DNA from: Octopus vulgaris
Lineage: Eukaryota
Length of the DNA: 64,000 nucleotides
NCBI GenBank assembly: GCA_951406725.2
Contig: OX597814.1
Span: forward strand, 154,442,001-154,506,000
Direction: 5' to 3'
A program made the translations under genes and the position numbers. Under the pieces are notes generated by a model. That model worked only from the letters and a program-made list of their open reading frames with translations. It made no database searches and was not told the origin of the DNA. The first letter of the stretch is position 1. Each line of letters begins with the position of its first letter. This document shows positions 14,041 through 27,610 of this stretch, one piece after another.

Positions 14041-15902
14041 TATGTGTAATTCCTTAGTTTAGAACTTGTAAAATGGAGTCTGAATCCAAAATTCATGCTG
14101 ATTAAAATTATCAAGACTGAAGTACTGGTCACTCTCCTTTTACACTCTTGTGAACTTACCCACCCACACTTCCTGATCTTCTGTCCCCACACTTTCTTTA
14201 GTGTATATTCACTTTTGCTACACATCATCACAATCAACTTCTCTTCTTTTTCAAGTGAAGTAGTCATGTATCTTCCCAACAGCAACACAACCTATACATC
14301 CTTCTATCACAGTTTAATTTCTTAACACCTTGCACAAATACTGTATCCCCACTCAGTTGAGGGTTTTTGTTCTGCAAGTTACATGGTGACCTCACTTGTA
14401 CCAGTGTCATGAAAAAAGCACCCAATATTCTCTGTAAAGTGGGTTGGTGTTAGAAAAGTCATTTAGCCATAGAAACCATGCCAGAGCAGACAGTGGCATT
14501 GTGCAGCCCTCTGGCTTGCCACATCTATCAAAACGTCCAACCCATGCCAGCAAGGAAAAGGGACAGTAAATGATAATGATGGTGATGATTAAGGATTGAG
14601 GCAGATAGAAGCCTGTTTTGGGTGTGTTTGTTAATGTTACCATGTGTGTATGTATATTTAAAAAAAATATTTTTTTTAATATTTTACTCATTTATAAATT
14701 ATGGAACTTAAAATATTATCTTAAAATTTCCTTTCATTTTAATTTAATATTTCAGCTTCTTTTTTCAACTTATCACTCCCACCCTTTCAACCCTTCACCA
14801 TTCTTGAATATATATCTTCACTGAAAGACAGAGAAAATAAAATCAGTTCTCTCCAGGTTTCATTTACAAACAGAAAAAAAATAATTTTCAAGCCTAGGTG
14901 CAGGCGTGGCTGTGTGATAAGAAGCTTGCTTCCCAACCACTTGGTTCCAGGTTCAGTCCCACTGCATGGCACCTAGAGCAAGTGTTTTCTACTATAGCCT
15001 CAGGCTAACCAAAGCCTTGTGAATGGATTTGGTAGATGGAAACTGAAAGAAGCCCATCTTATATATATATGTGTGTGTGTGTATGTGTTTGTCCCCCTGC
15101 CATCGCTTGATAACCGATGTTGGTGTGTTTACATCCCTGTAACTTAGTGATTCAGTAAAACAGACTGAAAGAATAAGTACTAAGCTTACAAAGAATAAGT
15201 CCTGGAGTCAATTTGTTTGAATAAAGGTGGTGCTCCAGCATGGCTACAATCACATGACTGAAACAAGTAAAAGATTAAAAGAATATTTGCTTATCCTATT
15301 CAACATTAAACTGTTTGGACAATATTCTCAAGAAAGCCAGGAGATTCACAGCTTGAAAGTAGGCAAAATAAAAGTATTTTGTTTTTAACCATAGAATTCC
15401 AAACCTCAGAATTAATGTTTGATTATGGGTCATATAGTTTCTATTCGAGAGATTATAGAAAAATTCTGAGTTTGAACTCTATCTTTGTTTGATAAATATG
15501 ACTATGAGATTTTGAGTTCAGGAGTTCTATCACTAAACTCTTGATTAGCTATTTCTGAGTCATGGCTTTTCTCCTTCCCTCATCTAAAACCAACTTAGAT
15601 TATTCAGTGAAGGTACATAGTCTAGTGATTGGAGGTGTTTGGCTCATGATCATAAGGTTTTGGTTTCAATTCCAGGCATCACTTTGTTGTTTTTTAACAA
15701 GACACTTCATTTTTACATTGCTCCAGTTCACTAAAGTGTTAATGAATACCAGCTGAGTACTGGGGCTGCTGTCTCTTCTTTACTGTCAAAACCTGGATGT
15801 GCCACTGGGTGAAGGGGTGAGAGGGCCAAGAGGGTATTAATGTCTTTCATGATTATTTAGGCACAATTAGTGAAACCCTGGTATGTCTTATCAGGACGTA
15901 TG

Positions 15903-16706
15903 ACGAGGTACTCCATAAAACCCAGAATGCTGCAATATTATTTTATTCACCTTTTTATCACCTTCAAAGTATTCTCCATTTGAAGCAATGCATTGGTCCA
16001 GGTGAGTTTTCCACTGTTCAAAGCAGTCCTGAAACTCTTGTGAAGTGATGCCTTTTAATGCCTCAGTAGTTTTTTTTTTTTTTCACCTCTTTCACATCTG
16101 CAAAACGTTTTCCTTTAAGGACTTTTTTTTCACTCAGGGCAACAGAAAAAAGTTGCAGGGAGCAAGATTGGGTGAATAGGAAGGGTGGTTTAGTGAGATC
16201 ATAAGATTTTCAGCAAAAGCTCTTTCACACTCAAGGCAGTGTGTGCAGGCACATTGTCATGATGAAACCACCACTTTCCACTTTGTCATAGGTCAAGGCG
16301 TTTTTGTCACACCATGTTTCACAAACACTTCAGAAGTGCCAAGTAAAATGTCTGGTTAATGGCTTGACCAGAAGGAACAAATTCTGTGTGGACAATTCCT
16401 TTTGCATAGATGAAACAAATCAGCATCGTTTTGACACTGGACTTCACTTGATGTGTTTTGGGGGAGTGTGATGACATTGAATACTTCCTTTGACTTGATT
16501 GCTGCTTTGTTTCCAGGTCATAGTTGTGGAACCAGCTTTCGTCACCAGTAATGACCTTTGGAAAAAGGTTCAGATCAACTTCCAACTGTTCTTTCAGTTC
16601 ATGACATGCATTCAGTCGTGATGGCTTTTGATCTTCTGTGAGCAAATGAGGCACAAATTTTGCTGCAACTCTTTTCATTCACAGTTCCTCACTCAAAAAT
16701 CATTAT
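15903..16706 (-). mobile_element. Mariner transposon remnant
   Basis: KFVPHLLT (WVPHEL-like), ITGDESW, HDNxPAH and HPSYSPNLAPCNFFL motifs, with frameshifts. Confidence 0.9.
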
Positions 16707-17625
16707 TGTTATAGAAAACTTGATGGAGTGAGTATCACATAACATATTCCCAGATATACATATTATCCTTATGTAAGAATTAACACTTCCTTCTCCAAGC
16801 CTAGATTCGAAACCGAATCCAAGAATTCTTGGTCATCCAAACCACAACGATCAACAGATGTGAAAAAAGGTTTTCTTTGTCCTGTCAAAATTGCTTGATC
16901 ATCTCCCATTGACCTGCAACCTCATCATGTCAAGCGAAGTTCAACTGGACAAGCGCTGACCTATTTAGGTACAAACTCTGCTGCAGTATGTCTGTTTTTC
17001 TAACTGCCACATTTTATTATAAATACGATAGCGAATCAAGAAAGGTGGCAGACAGATGGGAGCAGACAGATGAGATAGATCTATCTACGACCCAAGTTTT
17101 AGGCAGATGACAGAGACAGAGAGAAATGTTCGAAGTGCCGATAGACTACTGTTTCGAATGAAACATGCACACATGCACACACACAAACATATTCATTCCT
17201 AATATGTACTCTGTATTCCTAGCAACTCGTAGCAGTTGCCTACATTTTGTATGTAGTGTACCAATAACTCATCAAACACTGTAAATAAATTCTTTTCAAT
17301 CATGAATCGGTTTACGTATTTGTTTACATACACACTTAACCACTACACTTATGAAAGATTAAGAGCATGCTAAGGTAGTGTTGTTGAGTGAACTAGTTCA
17401 TATACAACTAGACTCACCTTACAGACAGCATCCCTGTACATTGCTTGTACAGCTCTCACCAACCACTAATCTACCTGTAGTTTCTGCATTGACTACCAGA
17501 TAAGAGATTGGAGTACCCTGATAAAGGCTTTCTCCATGTCAACAAAAGCCAAGAACAGAGGTTTATCTTTGGCTAGGAATTTCGCCTGCAGCTGACTTAC
17601 CAGAAATACAGCACCAGTGGTGACA
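16707..17625 (+). mobile_element. Possible LTR truncating the mariner
   Basis: Starts TGTTATA, AATAAA at ~17285, ends TACAGCA (17613) followed by a PBS-like TGGTGAC. No TSD or second LTR seen. Confidence 0.3.
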
Positions 17626-18020
17626 GGCTTCTTTCAGTTTCTGTCTACAAAATCCACTCATAAGGCTTTGGAAGACACTTGCCCAAGGTGCCATGCAGTG
17701 GGACTGAACCTGGAACCATGTGGTTGGGAAGCAAGCTTCTTATCACACAGACTGTTCAAAATATTTTAAGAACTGAAGAATTTCAAGAGCAAAGGGTAAT
17801 GATATATTTTGTTGAATAATAGTTTCAAATGAAATGAAGCGATCAAAACTTGAGCATGTATTTGACAGATGTAAAGTGAAAGAAGCCTGTCATATACACA
17901 CACATGGACCAAAAGCATTAAGCGGTGATGTGTACGAATATAAACTTGTTACCGGTTCAAATATGCTTGAGACATTTGAACTGGTAATAAAGCTATTTAC
18001 TGCATTTTGTCATGGAGCAA

Positions 18021-18059
<39 letters not shown>

Positions 18060-19117
18060 GAATGTGGCAGATGCCAGCGCTGCCTGACTGGCATCCGTGT
18101 CAGTGACTCGTAAAAGCACCAACCGATCGTGGCCGTTTGCCAGCCTCCTCTGGCCCCTGTGCCGGTGGCACGTAAAAAACACCCACTACACTCAAGGAGT
18201 GGTTGGCGTTAGGAAGGGCATCCAGCTGTAGAAACACTGCCAAATCAGACTGGAGCCTGGTGCAGCCTCCATGGTTTACCAGACCCCGGTTGAACCGTCC
18301 AACCCATGCTAGCATGGAAAACGGACGTTAAATGATGATGACGATGATGATATATGCATGTGTGTGTGTGCATGTATTTGTGTGTGCATATATGTTTGTA
18401 TATACATAGGCGCAGGAGTGGCTGTGTGGTAAGTAGCTTGTTTACCAACCACATGGTTCCGGGTTCAGTCCCACTGCGTGGCACCTTGGGTAAGTGTCTT
18501 CTACTATAGCCTCGGGTCGACCAAAGCCTTGTGAGTGGATTTGATAGACGGAACCTGAAAAGAAGCCCATCGTATATATGTATATATATGCGTGTGTGTG
18601 TTTGTGTGTCTGTGTTTGTGTGTCTGTGTTTGTCCCCCTAGCATTGCTTGACAACCGATGCTGGTGTGTTTATGTCCCCGTTACTTAGCAGTTCAGCAAA
18701 AGAGACCGATAGAATAAGTACTGGGCTTACAAAAGAATAAGTCCCGGGGTCAAGTTGCTCGATTAAAGGTGGTGCTCCAGCATGGCCGCAGTCAAATGAC
18801 TGAAACAAGTAAAAGAGAGAGAGAGATACATGCACACACACATACATATATGTATACATTTATATGTTTGTGTACCATTGTGTTGACACCACACAATGGT
18901 TGTAAGTGTGTGTATTTTGCTTTTCAATATTCCATGAAAAGCATGTCAGGCTACAAGGAAATATCACCCTACTTGGAAACAGGTAAGGGTTGGCAACAGA
19001 ATGAACATCCAAGTGTAGAAAATCTACCTTAGCAAATTCCTTCTGGTCCATGCAGGCATGCAAAAGTGGACATTATAAAGATGATGATGATATTTTAGAA
19101 AAGTTTTGTGAACTTAC

Positions 19118-19275
19118 CTGTACTTAGGAAGCCATTGACTTATAGGAAATTTCTGTTTCAATGAAGATGTGGTGCAACATTTTGAGAAGTGCTTCTTTAC
19201 AACATCTTTCCAGTGTGGTGTAACAGGAACTGGGGCCGGCAGGAGGCGGGTAAATTCTGTGCTCATTTCCCACGG
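19118..19275 (-). CDS. SLC26A11: SLC26A11-like exon (PWEMSTEFTRLL...KQKFPISQWLPKY)
   Basis: Pyrimidine tract plus aacag| acceptor and AG|GTAAGT donor. FPIxxWLPKY is the conserved SLC26 N-terminal motif. Internal ATG at 19266. Confidence 0.92.
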
Positions 19276-19426
19276 CTGTTCAACATTGATGAGAAAAAGA
19301 GAAATATTACTGTTAATAATTGAAATGCAATGTTAGGAATTTGGGCATCCAGTACCAAAGCAAATAGCAGAGCAAAGATTATTATAAGATGCAGCTATTT
19401 GTTGCCAGTCAACTGACTGTGAAGAG

Positions 19427-20340
19427 CAGAGGTTCTCAATCAGGGATAAGGGTCCATATGACCTTTGGAGTTGGGGATCCATATTAGCATTTTTTTGTTA
19501 AAATTTATGTGCAATAAATTATTTATACCTCTTCAATGCACCAAATATCTTAATTCTTTTTTTTTTTTTAATGCAATTCCTAATAATATTTAATTCTAAA
19601 AATGTAATGAGATTTTCTTAAACATCAAGTGTGATCGTTACCAGCGTCACATTACTGGTACTCGAGCCCTGTGCTAGTAGGGTATTAAGAGCACCATCCA
19701 AGCGTGATCATTGCCAGAGCGGCTATCTGGCCTCCATGCTGGTGGCACGTAAAAGACATCATTCGAGTGTGATCATTACTAGCATTGCCTTATTGGCATC
19801 TGTGCCAGTGGAATGTGCAAAAGATTTGAGTAAGGTCGTTGCTAGTACCGCCCGACTGGCCTTGTGCTGGTGGCACGTAAAAGCACCCACTACACTCTCA
19901 GAGTGGTTGGCGTTAGGAAGGGCATCCAGCTGTAGAAACTCTGCCAGATCAAGATTGAAGCCTGGTGCAGCCATCTGGTTCACCAGCCCTTAGTCAAATC
20001 GTCCAACCCATGCTAGCATGGAAAGCGGACGTTAAATGATGATGAGGATGATGATGATGATGATCAAATGGCTATGAGTGTCCTCTCTTCTCTGTTAGGA
20101 GCCACAAGCATTTTCACACATGTGTACACACACAGCATAAACTTCTGCCTAGCAAATTCAATCACAAGGCTTCAGTTGGCCTGAGGTTATAGCAGAAACA
20201 CTTGCCCAAGGTGTCACACATGTGGTTGAGATGCAAACTTCCTACCCACACCATGCCTGTGCCTACAAAATGCATATACATCCGGGTAAAATAAGAATCA
20301 AAGGAGTTCAAGGGGTAAAAAAAATGATTCAGAGCCACTG
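19427..20340. mobile_element. hAT-type non-autonomous element with nested RTE 3' end and SINE fragment
   Basis: Ends CAGAGGTTCTCAAT / ATTCAGAGCCACTG with 8-bp TSD GTGAAGAG / GTGTAGAG (7 of 8 match). Confidence 0.75.
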
Positions 20341-20913
20341 GTGTAGAGCCTCAGTACAGTAGTTTGATTTGCTACAAATAGCAGCTAATTCTCCCTCAAC
20401 ACCTCAATCTTTGAAAAAGCTAAATGGATACATTATGTAATTTAGTACCAGATATCCCCACTAAAAATAACTAAATAAATAACTAAATAAATAAAAGACA
20501 GGATGATCTTAAATGGAATATCTCTGATTATTATAAGTCATCTACTATAAGTGATCTTAACTTTACACTCAAATTGGTGAGCTACAGGACTTTTTTGATT
20601 GTGTGGGACTCAAAGAATATCATTGTGGCTCAAGTGGTGTCAGCATGACAACACACACAATGGGCTTTCATTTTTTTTTTTTGTCGCAGAAAGCATTGAT
20701 CAACTTAAGGCAATTATAGAAGATACTTGTCTAAAATAGCACCTAACTGTGTCACATGTGATTTAAGGGAGATTTGGCTACTGTTTCTAATAAATCAAGC
20801 AGCCACATAGATGATATTACATTCATCTGGGTGACTTACAGCAGGTCATTTCATTATTACCAGTGGGAGCCAATGATTGTGTGGTTAAGAAGTTTGTTTC
20901 AGAACTTTGTAAT

Positions 20914-20990
20914 CTTGGAGCAATCTCGAGTATAAACAGCCGAAATTGCAAAGATAATCTGGAACTCGACTGAGGATAGAAAACTCTGAA
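20914..20990 (+). ncRNA. Non-circularly permuted hammerhead candidate, copy A (5'-truncated)
   Basis: GCAAU(20920-24)-C-UCGAGU(20926-31)...CAGCC-GAA-AUUGC(20937-49)...ACUCGA(20964-69)-CUGAGGA(20970-76). The upstream stem II strand is missing. The host element runs to ~21098 and then (TA)n. Confidence 0.65.
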
Positions 20991-21139
20991 TGATCCGTCC
21001 TTGTTTTCCTTGTATCGTCTGTCTGGATATTTTGTTTTCCTTTTTGAGTTTCACTTAACTGTCTGGATGTTTTGCATTCTTGTCCCATTTTTGTATTTTA
21101 TATATATATACACATATGTATGTACGTGCACATACACAC

Positions 21140-21197
<58 letters not shown>

Positions 21198-22183
21198 GTG
21201 TGTCTGTGTCTTTGTTTGTTCCCCACCACCACTTGACAACTGGTGTTGGTGTGTTTATGTCTCCATAACTTAGCAGTTCAGCAAAAGAGACTGCTAGAAT
21301 AAGTACCAAGCTAAAAAGTAAAAATAAGTACTGGGGTCGATTCATTTGACTAAAATATTAGAAGGTGGTACCCCCAACATGCCCACAGTTTAATGACTGA
21401 AACAAGTAAACGTTAAAAGATAAAGCATCTGTTTTCAATACTGGTATGGGTTGGATGGTTAGACTGGATCCAGTGGGCCAAAAGGCTGCATCATGCCCGA
21501 TGTCAGTTTGGCATGGTTTCTACTGTTGGATGCCCTTCCTAATACCTATTTCTTTACTACCCACAAGGGGCTAAACACAGAGGAGACAAACAAGGACAGA
21601 CAAACGGATTAAGTTGATTATATCGACCCCAGTGCGTAACTGGTACTTATTTAATCGACCCCAAAAGGATGAAAGGCAAAGTTGACCTCGGCGGAATTTG
21701 AACTCAGAACATAACGGCAGACGAAATACCGCTAAGCATTTCGCCCGGTGTGCTAACGATTCTGCCAGCTCGCCACCCTTCCTAATACCAATAACTTAAC
21801 AGTGTGGACTGGGTACTGTTTTTCATGCCACCGGCACCAGTGGAGGGGTTATCATAAATAGGATAAGTATTTGTGAGGATGGAGAGGTGATTTTATGTCA
21901 GACAAGCAGAGGTGTGTTGTTGTAGAGAAGATTTATGGCTGCTTTGCATTTATAGAAGGGTGGGTGCAAAAATTGCAAGATGGTATTGTTGGGGTACCAG
22001 CACAAAACCTTCAATAAGCAAGAAATTATAGGGACAGTTGATCAAGAGGTGGGGAAGAGACAGTTATGAGAGTGTGAGGGGAGTGTACCAGATGGTTAGA
22101 GATGGGGTAAAAATGAATGTAGTGAGTGATAAACAGGAATGGAGATGCAGCTTGATAGGAAATATCAGTACTAGCAGAGGGTA

Positions 22184-22185
<2 letters not shown>

Positions 22186-22268
<83 letters not shown>

Positions 22269-22461
22269 TAGAGAGACAGACAGAAACAGTGAGACAGACT
22301 GAAGGAGAGAGACAAGGAGAGAGAGAGGGGGAGAGAGAGAGGGGAGAGAGAGAGGGGAGAGAGAGAGGGAGGGAGGGAAAAAGAGAGAAAGTGAAAGAGA
22401 GAAACTGAAAGAGAGAGAGAAATAGAGAGACAGACAGACAGAAACAGAGAGACAGACTGAA

Positions 22462-22507
<46 letters not shown>

Positions 22508-22518
22508 GAGGGAGAGAG
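22186..22518. repeat. (GA)n polypurine tract
   Basis: ~80 bp of pure GA followed by degenerate purine-rich repeats. Confidence 0.95.
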
Positions 22519-22680
22519 GTGTCAGGGTGGGGGACCCGGATTTGTGATAGCTATCATTGTTATGTTGGTGGACAAGTTTACCTTGTATGAATGTGTTACA
22601 GTTACAGTATCTCATTTCGTCATATGAGATAATGATAATAAACTAATTGAACTAAAATGACCCATATGTTGGTTATTAGA

Positions 22681-22711
<31 letters not shown>

Positions 22712-23112
22712 TACACATGTTAGGTTACAAATAGAAAATATAGGAGCCAAGTCATTAGGCAGAGTATAGTATATATAATATATATATTTCTTTAACTACC
22801 CACAAGGGGCTAAACACAGAGAGGACAAACAAGGACAGACAAACGGATTAAGTCGACTACATTGACCCCATTGCGTAACTGGTACTTAATTTATCGACCC
22901 CGAAAGGATGAAAGGCAAAGTCGACCTTGGCGGAATTTGAACTCAGAACGTAACGGCAGACGAAAAACGGCCACGCATTTCGCCTGGCGTGCTAACGTTT
23001 CTGCCAGCTCGCCGCCTTATATATAATATATATGTTCATACACACACACACACAGAGGCTTCCAACAAGCCAATTACTGGTTCATTGCATTCATGATGGA
23101 GAAAGTCATTAA

Positions 23113-23333
23113 CTCTTTAACATTTAAACTGGCCATATCCAGCTCAAATATTCCACCTGTTTTATATTCAAACTGGCCAGATCGGGCATGTCACACCTGC
23201 CCTACGATGTCATTCTGAGAATAAGCAATCACATCATTAAAATCTCAAAGCTACAATATAATGCATGATTAATTCAAAACAATGAGAATAAATAAGCATT
23301 ACATTTGACAGAGTAATACGGAATGTTAAAAGG
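23113..23333. mobile_element. piggyBac-type MITE, second copy
   Basis: TTAA-CTCTTTAACATT ... AATGTTAAAAGG-TTAC. Reverse-complement homology to 5663-5868. Confidence 0.75.
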
Positions 23334-23538
23334 TTACTCTTTTACTTGTTTCAGTCATTTGACTGCGGCAATGCTGGAACACCGCCTTTAGTCGAGCAAA
23401 TCGACCCTAGGACTTATTCTTTCTAAGCCTAGTACTTATTTTATCAGTCTCTTTTGCCGAACTGCTAAGTTACGGGGATGGAAACACCAGCATCGGTTGT
23501 CAAGCGATGCTGGTGGGGGAAGAAACACAGACATACAA

Positions 23539-23571
<33 letters not shown>

Positions 23572-23804
23572 CATATATACGATGGGCTTCTTTCAGTTTC
23601 CGTCTACCAAATACACTCACAAGGCTTTGGTTGGCCCGATGCTATAGTAGAAGACACTTACTCAAGGTGCCATGCAGTGGAACTGAACCCGGAACCATGT
23701 GGTTGGTAAGCAAGCTACTTATCACACAGCCACTCCTGCTTTTAGGATTATCTGCACTTCTCAGGTAGAACAAACATCACAAGGAGTCTAATTTGAAAGC
23801 ATTT

Positions 23805-24099
23805 ACAAGGGTGGGCCAAAAAATCCATGGGCTGAATATGAATGAGTGATGATTAGAGCAACATGAAAAAACATGTGGTTGGGAAGTGGTATTGTAGTGA
23901 TGATGATGTCATGTCTGCTGTTGATGACTTTTTTGACCAACAGGATGAAAGCTTCTCCACTAACAGGATCCAAGAACTGTAATACTGATGGAAGAAGTGT
24001 GTGGACCTCAAAGGGGACTATGTTGAAAAATAGACCTCATTTGGTCATATTTGATGCGAGTAATCTCGGTTAGCCTTTGAACTTTTCAGCTGACACTTA
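23805..24099 (+). mobile_element. Internally deleted mariner
   Basis: C-terminal WKKCVDLKGDYVEK* between imperfect terminal inverted repeats (acaagggtgggccaaaaaatcc / gaacttttcagctgacactta). Confidence 0.7.
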
Positions 24100-24147
24100 T
24101 AGTTTACCTGCTTTCTTGGCAATGTTTACATCTTTCCCCATAAACAT

Positions 24148-24148
24148 T

Positions 24149-24212
<64 letters not shown>

Positions 24213-24217
24213 GTGAG

Positions 24218-24256
<39 letters not shown>

Positions 24257-24281
24257 GTAAGTAGGTAGGTAGTTAGGTAGG

Positions 24282-24356
<75 letters not shown>

Positions 24357-24377
24357 GTAAGTAGGTAGGTAGGTAGA

Positions 24378-24461
<84 letters not shown>

Positions 24462-24476
24462 TAGACAGATAGATAC
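24148..24476. repeat. (GATA)n/(GGTA)/(GACA) tetranucleotide microsatellite
   Basis: Direct reading. Confidence 0.97.
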
Positions 24477-24592
24477 ATGCATACATACAAACACACAAGC
24501 AAATACACATACACACACAGAGATTGTTTGGACAACCTGTCATATGTTGAAAGCATGATGGAAAACATCAAGTCCATTCTTTTCGGTGGTTT

Positions 24593-25097
24593 CATCATCA
24601 TCATCATCATCATCGTTTAGCGTCCGTTTTCCATGCTAGCATGGGTTGGACGGTTCTACTGGGGTCTGTGAAGCCAGAAGGCTTCATCAGGCCCAGTCAA
24701 ATCTGGCAGTGTTTCTACGGCTGGATGCCCTTCCTAACGCCAACCACTCCGTGAGTGTAGTGGGTGCTTTTTACGTGCCACCCGCACTGGTGCCAGACAG
24801 AGCTGGCAAACGGCCACGAACGGATGGTGCTTTTTATGTGCCACTGGCACGAGGGCCAGGCGAGGCTGGCAACGGACACGAAACGGGGCGGTGCTGGCAA
24901 CGGTCGCGAAACGGAAAGTTCTCTTACATGCCACCAGCACTGGTAACACATCTGCAATTTCCATTGATCGATTTCGATTCTGATCGTCACTTGCCTCAAC
25001 GGGTCTTCACAAGCAGAGTTTTGACATGCCACCGGCACTGGTAGCACATCCGCAATTTCCATTGATCGATTTCGATTCTGAACCTCACTTGCCTCAT
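24593..25097 (-). mobile_element. RTE LINE 3'-end copy
   Basis: Nearly identical reverse complement of ~38388-38920, including the (GAT)n tail. Confidence 0.92.
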
Positions 25098-26021
25098 CAC
25101 GTGATTAAGCTTTTTTTTTTTTCAAAAAGCGATTCCAAAAACGGAAGGAACAAATGTGACCAGCACAGGGAAGAAAGAAATCTTCAGTCTTGATAGTGAC
25201 AACCGTTTTAGTGCTTGTGCACATAAGAATGCACCCAGTTAATGCTGTAGAGTGGTTGATAATGATTTCAGGTTCAGTCCCACACCTAGAGCAACTGTTT
25301 TTTTGCTATAGCCCTGAGCTGGTCAATGTGTTTTTTGTGAATTTAGTAGACATAGATTGTATGGAAGCCATCCGCATGTGTGTGTGTGTGTATATATGTG
25401 TGTGAGTGTGTGTGTTTGTGTGTACGTCTCTCACTCTCTCTCTTCATGTCTGTGCTTGTTGCACTCCTTCCCCACCACTACCTGACAATCAGTGCTGGTT
25501 AGTTTACATCCCCATAACTTAGCAGTTTGGTAATAGAGACTAATAAAATAAGTACCAGACTTAAAAAATAAGAACAGGCCAGGGAACAAATTGTTTGACT
25601 AAAAACCCTCCAAGGCAGTACCCCCTAGAATGGTCACAGTTCCATGACAGAAATAAGTAAAAGATAAAAGATAAGATTCTACACCTAGGAAAACAAAAAG
25701 GTAACCTCATTGATCACACCTGAAATGCTTTTGATTACAGGTTTGTTCATTCAGGTATTACAACAATGGCAACAGCTACAAATCACTGACTTTTGAATGG
25801 GCACTGTTTAAATCCAAAGACATTCCATGTTTTCTCATGAATTTTGTATTATCAAAGTAAGAATAGTTTTTATTTCAGGTACATCAATGATGATGTTCTT
25901 GTTTTATTTTGAAAATGCTTATAATCTACTACATAATCCACTTAATGCTTCTTTAGTAAATGATTAAAGTTAGGGTGGCATACAAAACAATCATAAAATC
26001 GTTAAAATACTCTAAATGTTT

Positions 26022-26065
<44 letters not shown>

Positions 26066-26273
26066 CTTTTACTCTTTTACTTGTTTCAGTCATTTGACTG
26101 CGGCCATGCTGGAGCACTGCCTTTAGTCGAGCAAATCGACCCCAGGACTTATTCTTTGTAAGCCTAGTATTTATTCTATCGGTCTCTTTTGCCGAACCAC
26201 TAAGTTACGGGGATGTAAACACACCACCATCGGTTGTCAAGTGACAAATGCAGACACACAAACATATACACAC

Positions 26274-26333
<60 letters not shown>

Positions 26334-26338
<5 letters not shown>

Positions 26339-26540
26339 ATCCAAACATGAAAACACAAAGAGAAAACACAACAACGCGAGGACGTGGAACAAATATAGTA
26401 TTATTGGATGCTCAGGAAGGAAGGGAAGAAGGAGGGTTTTACGTTTCGAGTGAAGCTCTTCATCAGAAACATAGGAAAAGGAAAGATCCAGAGAAGCGAA
26501 GACAGAGAAAAAAAAATCGCCAACAGTACACACACGGTCA
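26334..26540 (-). mobile_element. PLE pseudo-LTR-like fragment inserted at the (TA)n tract of a SINE
   Basis: ~200-bp insert between the SINE microsatellite and the SINE 5' half. Carries the minimal hammerhead. Confidence 0.6.
26436..26470 (-). ncRNA. Minimal type I hammerhead ribozyme (PLE-type)
   Basis: GUUU-CUGAUGA-A-GAG-cuuca-CUC-GAAAC-GUA-AAAC: stem I GUUU/AAAC, 3-bp stem II, loopless palindromic stem III (ACGU), GUA triplet. Confidence 0.8.
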
Positions 26541-27478
26541 CGACAGGCTTCTTTGAGTTTCCATCTACCAAATCCACTCACACGGCTTTGGTTGATCCGA
26601 GGCTATAGTAGAAGATACTTGCCCAAGGTGCCACACAGTGGGACTGAACCTGGAACCATGTGGTTGGTAAGCAAGCTACTTACCACACAGCCACTCCTGC
26701 ACCTATATACATATATATTATTCATTATTACTATCATTCATGATTTAACGTCCATTTTCAATGCTGGAATGCATTGGACAATTTTACTGGAGTTGGTATG
26801 CCAGAGGATTGCACTATTACTCCAACGTCTGTTTTGACATGGTTTTTATAGTTGGATGTCCTTCCTAAAATCCAACCATTTTCCTGAGTTTACTGAGTAA
26901 TTTTTACATGGCACCAAAACCAACTAACTTATAAGGCAAGAACTTCTGAAGTGAGCTAGGCATAGAATTGACATATTTACACACATTCATTCATTCATTC
27001 ATTCATTCATACATACATACACATACACATTCTATATACATATCTATATATATACACACACGCACACATTCATATACACACACACACACATACATACATA
27101 TTCTGTTATTATTTAATTCTTTTATTTGTTTCAGTCATTTGACTGCAGCTATGCTGGAGCACTGCCTTTAGTCGAACAAATCAACCCCAGGACTTATTCT
27201 TTGTAAGCCCAGTACTTATTCTATTGGTGTCTTTTGCTGAACCGCTAAGTGACAGGGATGTAAACATACTAACATCAGTTGTCAAGCAATGGTGGTGGGG
27301 ACAAACACAGACACACAAACATATACATATATATATGCTGGACATCTTTTAGTTTCTGTCTACCAAATCTACTCACAAGGTTTTAAGTGACCTAAAGCTA
27401 TAGTAGAAGACACTTGCTCAAGGTGTCATGCAGTGGGACTGAACTCAGAACAATGTGGTTGGGAAGCAAGCTTCTTAC

Positions 27479-27610
27479 CACACAGCCACACCTGTGCCTA
27501 TGCACACAGCCACACCTGTGCCTATGCACACAACCACGCCTGTACCTATGCACACAGCCACACCTGTGCACACAGCCACACCTGTGCACACAGCCACGCA
27601 TGTGCCTATA
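27479..27610. repeat. Tandem amplification (about 6 copies, 18-24 bp) of a SINE 5' end
   Basis: Repeated cacacagccacacctgtg(cctatg). Confidence 0.9.

Noticed and set aside
20970-21002. Ordinary type I hammerhead CUGAGGA...GAAUGAUCCGUC
   Set aside because: It has GAAU instead of GAAA, stem II is inconsistent between copies, and there is no downstream stem I partner; the stem I partner is upstream.
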